A stretch of DNA of 63,142 nucleotides, the filler included, from Kipferlia bialata (taxonomy: Eukaryota), in NCBI GenBank assembly GCA_003568945.1. It is 3 parts of 3 records of this genome, joined end to end, with 100 filler letters (N's around TTAATTAATTAA, not from the genome) between each part and the next. Parts side by side here need not be neighbours in the genome. Positions count along the whole stretch, not along the records: positions 28,403 to 56,651 come from BDIP01000155.1; positions 56,752 to 63,142 come from BDIP01000204.1; 1 more part is not named here. The stretch is one strand, 5' to 3'. Position numbers and translations under genes: made by a program. Below the pieces are notes generated by a model. It was not told the origin of the DNA, made no database searches, and saw only the letters and a list, made by a program, of their open reading frames with translations. Every line of letters begins with the position of its first letter. Position 1 is the stretch's first letter. Positions 54,315-63,142 of the stretch are shown here, piece after piece.

Positions 54315-55851
54315 CTATGGTAAAGAGTGGCGAGAGACAATACGTAGTAGCAGTAGGATAACCAGGGTAGCAACAACCCACGCTATGGATCGCAAGCTCC
54401 CTGACACAATATCCCAGAGGGATCTCTGCAAGTACTCTTTCAAGTCTGCTAAACACACGTAATCGGAGCTCAGAAACAAGTAGAGGACTAAGCCAAACAC
54501 TCCGAGACAATAGTATGTACGCTGGCTCACTCTCAACCAGGGTCTGCCTCGATAGGAGAGAGAGTCTGCAGGGTATACACGATGACCCTGCAGCGAACGT
54601 TGTCTGTCTTCGATACAGGTGAGGCTCATGTGTGTGACACCCCCTGCCATGTGCATGTAGGCCTCGGACATGCCTGCGTTAACTAGACACACTGAGAGGA
54701 GTATTGTGAATACTAGAAGAGCCTTATAGTATACACACTGGATCCCAGGCGGTGACACGGCTGTACCTATCCGGAATGACACCAGCCACGTATATATATA
54801 TATATATATATTCAATATACCTATCCCGTGTGACATCATGAAGTACACGTGGCTGGGTCCTGGGACAACACTGATGGCAACAACGAATCTGGAAGATCAG
54901 AATCACGCTTCGTAAACAGTAGAGTCCAGGCGAAGGTACCATACCTTCTAGCCCCTGGACATCTCAGTACTGGTATGAACCTGACTCTATACAGCCGACC
55001 ATCAACCTGAGGCCGCATCTGGGATACCACTCGGTCTGGAGTGGTAAGACAAACGAGATAGAACATCACACTTTCAATAGGTTATGGTACACTAACCCAC
55101 TGACAGTCTTATCTCGTCTCTCTGGTGCTGATCACAGGGCACTCCCAGGACCTTGGAGTTAGTGTGATATCGTATACCTAATGCTGTATTGTGTATACGT
55201 CATGAATTTCGTATACTGCCACAGTCATATGTACGATATATGTTGAAACAAGGTGGGGAGTAACAAGATACCGTACCCTCCCAGTGTCGTCTATGCCACA
55301 CCAGATGGTACCCCCTGAGGTGAGTGGAGGCAGCATCGTCTCACAGTAAATGATGTGATGAAGTAGCTACTCTTGGTATTACCATTTGTGTTTAGGAATG
55401 CGTTGATGTATCTCTTTGCCCTATGGGATACCACTCTGTCTATAGGCTCCACAAAGGGCTCCTCCTCATCACACACACCCTGGGGCTGGAGGTGCACCTG
55501 CATGGCCTACGTGTCAGACATATATTGGCCCAATACTATTGTGTATAGACAAACGCAGGAAAAGTACCGGTAGCCTTGATCAGTATATATGTGTATATAC
55601 AAATGTATGACCTTGAACTCCGTGTGCATATCCTCCTCTCTGTGCAGCAGGGATAGATACTGCAGGGAGGATGGCCAGTCACTGCCATCTTTACTAGTCA
55701 TTGCACACTGAAAGAGCGGCCCACATTGTTGTGTGAGCGGAGCAGAAGCATCTACAGCCTGTACCAGATATCCTCCACATTCGAATGTCATAACACATTT
55801 TGTTACAATACGCCATAAAAGTTTGACATATTTGCGTCTGCTTGTTGTCAT
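54315..55851 (-). CDS. Schlafen/AlbA_2-domain protein C with two C-terminal hydrophobic (TM) segments
   Basis: WPSSLQYLSLLHREEDMHTEFK / KRYINAFLNTNGGTIWCGIDDTGRVLGVPCDQHQRDEIRLSV / DRVVSQMRPQVD / FVVAISVVPGP / EAYMHMAGG, then YYCLGVFGLVLYLFLSS and SIAWVVATLVILLLLRIV, with the stop at 54315. Confidence 0.8.
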
Positions 55852-55913
55852 CTCTTTCAGAGTGTCTGTCTGTGCCCCAACTGCATAGCTTGACTAGGAC
55901 CTCTATAGCAGTG

Positions 55914-56439
55914 ATGCCAGAGGGGTGTGGAGAGAGAGCGGAGCTGGGGGAGAGTGGTGTGTGTCAGTCAGGGAAGGTACATATGCAGGTGCCTCCATCC
56001 ACCTCTGGTGACACATGCACCTGCACACCCAACACTGAGGAGGGGGGAGAGGGGGAGGGAGAGAGAGACCTTGCAACACCCCCTTCTACCTCTGAGGTCA
56101 CATTCGGTCGTGTCCCCCCACAGGTGGTGTCAGATGAGGCACCTCTCTCTGGATCTGTCACAGTGTGTGTCAGCCAAGAGCAGGCTAGTTATGGAGAGAG
56201 GGAGGAAGAGAGGGTGGATTGCACCCCATCAGGGTCAGATGTGGTGTCTCTCCCACCCACTGCCATGTCTCCTACTGTGACATCACCCCTACCCCTCCCC
56301 CTCCCCCTCCCCGTACCCAATCAATCCCCTCTCCTCTCTACACCTGATCAAGACCCTGTTGTAGCGACTCTCCCCCCCTCTCCGCCATCTAGAGTGAGGG
56401 GGTGGAGGAGGGGTACAGAATCAAGCAAGCCATCAGCAG
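55914..56439 (+). CDS. First exon of a low-complexity S/P/E-rich hypothetical protein (truncated by the contig end)
   Basis: Open frame MPEGCGERAELGESG..SSKPSAG ends at a CAG|GTATGC donor. It is divergent from Schlafen-like gene C. Confidence 0.45.
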
Positions 56440-56651
56440 GTATGCTATTATACTGGTATCGTGCTCTTGCATATGTACGCTGTCGTTGTCATTGAACCCT
56501 ACACTGCTGTTTCCTGTGTGCACGATAATATATATGCGAATGATAATATATATAGTATGTATTATATTCAGTATGTTAGCCTTTCTACTTTTCGATTGTG
56601 AGCAGTTATGTACTGCCCGATAACCCCAACCTTTCACTGTCAATCGTGTCC

Positions 56652-56751
56652 NNNNNNNNNNNNNNNNNNNNNNNNNNNNNNNNNNNNNNNNNNNNTTAAT
56701 TAATTAANNNNNNNNNNNNNNNNNNNNNNNNNNNNNNNNNNNNNNNNNNNN
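56652..56751. other. Assembly join: N run + TTAATTAATTAA linker + N run
   Basis: Linker at 56696-56707, the same construct as at 28303-28402, followed by poly-G. Confidence 0.95.
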
Positions 56752-56760
56752 GGGGGGGGG

Positions 56761-56807
<47 letters not shown>

Positions 56808-56905
56808 ACACCTAGAGAGAGTGGGCGAGAACTACAGTTCAACAACCATAAGTGACGGGAGGACAGAGAGTGTGTGTCCCAGAGAGTATTCACGAGTAGG
56901 CATAC

Positions 56906-59900
56906 CTTCTGGTGCTCGGGTGCGTATCTGAGGTAGATGGCCCTGGCAGCAGCCTTGAGCTTCCTGGGCTCCTAAGGGTCAGACACACCATATGAAGGCA
57001 GAGTGTTAGAGACCTACACTGTATATACTCAACAACAATACCTGGAGGTGCTGGGCAAGGGAGGCAATGTCAGACTCCATACGGCCAATGCTGAGGGTCA
57101 GGCACACAAGGTTAGTATTAGTATATCACAACATCAACACAATGGTACTCACCGAGTGTTTGAGTCGAGAAGCTTCCTCTTGGTCTGGCCAAGCTGCTTG
57201 TTGAGAGAGTCAGCCAGCATCTTGACCTCGTTTGCGGCAATCTCTGGAGGTTAGTCTCTACACGATACTAGAGATAACCTTGAGAGCAATGTATATACCA
57301 TACCTAGCGCAGTGTTGGTCTTGTGGTACCGCTCCAGCTCAATGTCCATCTCGCGGATCTGCTCCCTGGAAGGTTAGAATTCTGGCATTCAATCTCTACA
57401 TACATCTCTACACTATCTCACAATACACACAACCATACCTCAGATCAGCAACCTCCAGCTCTCTGGGCTCAATCTGCCTCTTCAGCTCCTTGATCTTGTA
57501 ATCCAGCACAAACTTGAACTTCTCCAGCTCCTGCAAGGTCAGAACAGAACCAGAACACACTGTACATGGGCCGTTACTATCAATCATCAAGACAATCAAT
57601 GCATGTAATTCCCCCACCTTGTTCTTCCTCTTCAGCTCGTAGATACGCCTCTCTCTGTCACTGATAGTCTCGTCTCTCTCAGAGATCTCAGAGTGTGCGG
57701 CCTGGAAGTCAGTCACAATACCGGAAACAATGTGACGTAGATGGGATACACGATACGGCAAGCACATACCTGGATATCTCTCTTGAGAGATGCCACGATT
57801 CCGTCCAGGGACTGGATGGATGCCTTGGCGGAGGCGAGGTTGCCCTATAGTGAGTCGCAAAAAAGGAGAAGGGAGTCGGGTGTATTCCACCACACAATGA
57901 CTGATGAACTAGTGATAGAGTGATAAGAATCTGTCAAAGCTATATACATAGCATGATGACCATACCTTCTGGGTCAGAATGGTCTTCTCCAGCGTGGCAA
58001 ACTTGTTCCTGATGAGACCGTTCTCAGCCTGGGAGTGAGACGTAATCCACAAGAGCAATACAACTCAACTATAACGCAAACACAGAGACATAATAATATA
58101 TATACATCCCATACCTGAATAACCTGGGCCTCCTGCACAATCTCGTCAATCCTCTTCTGGTATCTGGGAGTGAGACGTATTGTGCTAAATTGTGTAGATA
58201 CAGGATGTATGTGAAGTGGATATATGTACCTAGCCTTCAGCTCCTCAATCTCGAGGTCCACGTCCTCCTCGCTCTGTCTCCTAACCTCGGCAAACTCCCT
58301 AGCGATGTCTGAGGGTGAGGAAAGACTGATGTAGTAATAGAGAGAGGCAAAACATTTTCGGGTGATGAAATAGAAGGGCCTACAAATTCTACAAAAAACA
58401 ACCACTCACTTGTCTTCTCGTCTGTCAGCCTCTGCATCTTGGCTCTGAGCTCAGCCTCCTACGCGGTTAGAGACAGAGAGACAGAGAGATAGAGAGAGAC
58501 AATACTAGCTGAAAGAATACTCACCTTCCTCTCAGCAGACTGCTGCTGCTCGCTCATCAGGTGGGAGTGAGTGGCGGCAAGCTCCTGTCTAGTGGCCTCC
58601 TGAAGAGTCAGAGAAACAGATAGAGTTGAATGTGACTATGCCACAACAAGAATAAGAAGTCACACGACAATGAGTGGTCTGTACCTGCTGCTGGTTGAGC
58701 CTCTCCACCTTGGCAAGGAGACCCTGCTCCCTCTCAGCTGCAGCCAGCACACGCTGCTGGTACTGGGGTCAGAGAGAGAGAGAGAGATAGATGCAGGAAG
58801 GGACTGAGTCGAAGGCAGTGCGATAGTATTTACACTATACCTGCTGCTCGAGTGCCGTGAGCGCCCTCATGTGGTCAGACTCCATCTCGGCAATGCGTCT
58901 GGAGAAGGTAACCTAGGGGGTCAGACACGAATTGATGAAAAACACATGAAGTGTGAAAGTCATAGCAAACCATTTGCAAAATGAGTTGGATATGTCTCTT
59001 TAAGGCAACACAATATCAACAAGAACGCACCTCTGTGTCCTCCGACTGCTGCTGTGCCCTGAGCAGGGCGGACTGGTGCTTGGCGGCAGAGGTGTCGTGC
59101 CTGAGAGTGAGGGACAGAAGTCAATCAACGAATCACTCACGATTGAACAGCAACAATACATAGGGTGTACTCACTTTGACTTGAGGAGAGCAGTGGCCTG
59201 CTGGTGCTTCGAGCTCTCAATCTGCATATCGTATGCAGCCTGGGTTTAGCATCTAACTATACATATATACAAGTATGAGAGTGTTACCAGTATACCACCA
59301 ACCTGGAGCCTGACTTCGTTGAGCTTGGCCCTGAGGTCCACCAGGTCCCTCTGCTCCTTCACTAGGAAGTCCTGGGTGCATGTGACAAGCGAGTTGTACC
59401 TGCCAGTGATCTGCCCAGGGGAGGGAATGTCTGCAGAGGAGAGGCTGAGGCCGATGGCAGGGATCCCACCCACAAAGACCCCACCCTCACTGCCAGCCAC
59501 TACTAGACCGGCAGAGTGGGGCAGAACACGGCACACAGAGCCAGCGCCTACGGTTGGAGAGAGGTTGCGGATATATAGAGACATCACGATACCAACACAC
59601 CTAGGAGACTGGTCAGGCCATCTGCCACGACGCTGATGCTCTGGATGCCGGCCTGGGGTGTGCGTGTCTCCATGTCGTCCACAGCCACGGACTCGGCCTC
59701 CTCCTCATCCTCCTGGGGTTATATGATAATAATCTTCAACACTACCACTGATAGGGAAGACGTAACGCTTGTGTCACACAACAGATAGAGAGAACCATAT
59801 ACCTTAGGTGCCATGAGGTCCACTGGGAGCAGACCCACAGACCCAGTGTCGGTGGCAAAGAGATAGCGACCAGTTCTGGTGTTAGACGATATACAATTGC

Positions 59901-62900
59901 CACTGTGATGTCACTTGGGGAATGTAACGCCCAAAGAGAAGAGAGGCCTCACATATATACCTGTGGTCGATGGTAAGAGAGACAGGCTTCCCAGGCACAT
60001 GGACACTGCAGGAGCCAATGAGGCCCTCGCCACCGATCCTGGGGTGAGGTGCTCTGCAAAAGTCTATATGGCACAGTAAATAATATAGAAATCGTGTAGG
60101 TATTGTACATATTGGAATACTGGGACGGATGATAAAGAGAGAGATGAGAACACTGTACCTGTGGATCAGGCCGTCTGCACTGAGCACCAGCAGGGGGGGC
60201 AGGGGGGGCTTCTCGCCTGGTGGTGAGGGGATGGGAGAATACTACGCGATAACTATCGACATTAACCGTACCTGGGCTGACTGCACAGTCCGACAGGCCC
60301 TTGGCGGGAATGATTGCCACGTGCTGTGTACCCTTGAGTACACACTCCCCTAGTCGTCTACAGTGTGCGATTGAGAATACATACACAGCTCCATCCGAAG
60401 CACAGGATGCCAGGGCTCCGTCAGGCATGCCTCCATAGGGGAGGAAGGTGAGGCCTATGGTGAGAGAGAGGCATAGTGAGGTGGTAGGGGAGTAGTACAT
60501 ACACACGATAAATGACATAACACCGTACCCATGACCCTTCCGTTGTGGCCCTTGAGGTCACACACGGTGTTACCATTGACACTGGGGGTAAGTATGGGAA
60601 TGAGATAGGATTAGAAAGGATGCAATCCGGTGTGGGTATATATGCCACACACACATATATATGTGTGTGTATATATATGCACATGCACTCACCCCAGGAT
60701 GTGGATGACGGAGTCTGCGGCAACGGCCAGGAGGGAGCCTGTGGTGCTGTACTTGACACTCCTTGTGTTCTTGATCTGCATCTCCTGCTCCGACACCACA
60801 ACATCACCCAGCACACGGCAGAGCCTGTAATGAGTGGAGATAGAGGGAGTTGGGGGGGGGGGGGACTAACTGACGCCACTATCACCCACCTAAGCTTGTT
60901 TCTGAACCCAACGGCCAGCCTCATTCCATCTGGGTGCAGGGCAACACACATGGGGAGCTCAGCAAATCTAGAGTTAGATGGAAGAACTACTTTACACGTA
61001 ATGACATAGAGGTACTGATATCCACAGTTTATGTACCTTGCCCTGGCCGACAGAGTGCCGTGCCCAAAGTCCCAGACCTTGACAGACCTATCCGTGGAAC
61101 AGGTGGCTACAATGGCCTGGGGTTAAAGCAGTGTATGGTATACATGCTGGCAACGCAGATACATATATATAGATTTCTCCCACCTTGTTGTGGCACACAT
61201 CCACCCCAGTCACTCTGTCCTGGTGGGCATTGGGGAGCACAGGGGAGATCTCAAACCTGAGGGTTAGGAGTATAGGAATACGCAAGTCAGCTACTATATA
61301 CACGCTGCGTGTACCTCTTGCTCTTGGGTACAGCGACATCGTTGAGGATGTTTCCGTCCTTCTCTCCCCCCTTCTTCTTCTGGCCCTCCTCCAGGGTGGC
61401 CTGGACAACATCAACAGGCTTGGGCTCTAGGGTCAGAAGATGTCTGTACAAGCATATATATAAACGTGAAGGTACAGAGAGGGTCACATACCTAGCTCCA
61501 CGCTGAACACTGTCTTGAGTGCATCTCCATTGACAAGAGCAAACACAGAGCCAGCCTTCCTAGAGGTGAGAACATAGAAGCGTATCTGGAGACCGAAGGT
61601 ATTTCTATTATTACAATACCTGGGCACGAGTGATGTGACTCTGATGCTCAGGGCCAACTCAGTCACCTTGGGCCGGAAGGACACCTGGGGGTGAGGGGGT
61701 ATGGAGTATAAAGAGAGCTCCTATCATACTGATGGTACAGCAACCCCTACCTCTGTATCATCCTCCTCCTCTAGCAGATAGGACTCCATGGCACTCAGCT
61801 GGAAGGATGACGCACTGTCCACGTCCCTAGGGGTGAGAGAGTGTATACACCACTGAACAGATCAGCGAAGGATAAGTACAGATAATGCTAGTACAACCAG
61901 ACCCACACAACGCATACCTATACCGGTCACATGCAGCTGTGAGAGTGATGGCCCTGACAAAGACAGGGTTGCCGGCTTCACCTGGGCTATGAGAGGGAGG
62001 AGATGCAGCACAGGTCTTCCACAATCAAAAATATTTCTAATACTACCAACTATACACAGGGGACTCAAAATAGAGACAATAGATACACACACCTGCATTC
62101 TCCCTGGCCCCTGTCTCTGCCTCCTCGTCCTCTGCCTGCCCCTCGGCACCAGGGAGGTTGAGCTTGTACACACACAGGATGCCACCCTCCATGGCCACTG
62201 TGAGGGTGTCCCCATGGCACAGCAGCGCAGTCACACCTGGGGGTCAGGGTGGCAGTGTCAGTATAAAAATATTCATTGACATACACATGAATACAATAGC
62301 GTACCGAAGGTGGAGACTGCTGGGACGTTGACTGGCAGGTCTCTGAATGGGGTGAAGGAGGATACGACCTCAGTCCGCCTCAGGATCAGGACATCACCAG
62401 AGGCAGTGCCTAGGGTGAGAGAGAGAGAGAAACAGAGAGGAGAGGAAGGGGGGGGTGTCAATGGAGGGGCTGAGGTACGCCCTACCTATCACCCTCCTTC
62501 CATCGGGCAGCATAGCAGCGCATGTATAGCTGCCAAGGGGCTGTCCGTGCAGGTTAGGCAGGAGCACACGCACTCCATTGGACTCAGGACGCAGAACCTA
62601 AGAAATGAGAACGTAGCAGAGCAAAAATAGCATTTAAAGGAAAGACACATTTCTACCTTCAGCATCCTGTCGCCTGCAATGACAACATCGCCCTGAAGGT
62701 CGACAGAGAGCACGCGGATACCATGCTCACTGGTGTGAGGGTGTGAGAGATAGAGGAAAATAAAGAGAGGGACCTCACCTGTCTGCCACATCGTTTGTCT
62801 GCTTGAGCACCTGGCCTGTCTCGACATCTATCTCTAGGAAGGCAAAGGCAGGGCCTGGGGTAAGGGGGAGAGAGAGAGAGAGGTCTAATCACGCAATGTC

Positions 62901-63085
62901 ATACTTGGAAGTGAGATGGAGGCCATACAAAGACCGACAAGACATAGTGGTACCTGATGTGTACATGACCAGGCTCTTTGCACTGTTACTGTAGGCCAGG
63001 GCGTGGATGCTCTTTGCATTGACATTGAGAGCGTGGTACACCTTCTTACGCATGGATCCTATGGTCCATACAGAGACTCCCATGC
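56906..63085 (-). CDS. CFAP57: Cilia/flagella-associated protein 57 (WDR65), partial at both ends
   Basis: WD40-type exons ([47 protein letters not shown]) followed by coiled coil with the signature [22 protein letters not shown] / [24 protein letters not shown]. Confidence 0.9.
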
Positions 63086-63142
63086 CTGGAGGGTGGGCGG
63101 GGGGGGGGGGGGGGGGGGGGGAGAGAGAAAAAAGCCCCCCCC

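Noticed and set aside
1..63142. tRNA, rRNA or autonomous transposon/retroelement genes
   Set aside because: No cloverleaf, rRNA-like segment, or transposase/RT/integrase motif was recognised by eye. tRNAscan-SE, Infernal and RepeatModeler would be needed to exclude them formally.

Overview
Eukaryotic, very intron-rich genomic DNA with GT-AG introns full of (TA)n/(GA)n/(CA)n microsatellites. The style (GA-repeat-derived ERER tracts in exons, many tiny exons) suggests a fornicate protist such as Kipferlia; this is an inference. The window joins at least three contigs through N-flanked TTAATTAATTAA linkers (28303-28402, 56652-56751). Genes reconstructed by hand across introns: an unknown multi-exon gene, a CenH3/CENP-A-like histone H3 variant, an SDR oxidoreductase, a long low-complexity protein, a membrane protein, a calcineurin-B/NCS-like first exon, endonuclease IV (APN1/Nfo), a SET-domain protein, a CUB-like type I surface protein and partial CFAP57/WDR65. 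The standout locus (43.8-55.9 kb, minus strand) holds three paralogous Schlafen/AlbA_2-domain genes with intact catalytic motifs and different C-termini (two RRM-like repeats, one RRM-like repeat, or two TM helices), bracketing a large pentapeptide-repeat protein. A second striking pattern is that introns in the first ~43 kb carry truncated 'echo' copies of neighbouring exon ends with their splice sites, and these copies often differ from the live exon mainly at synonymous positions.
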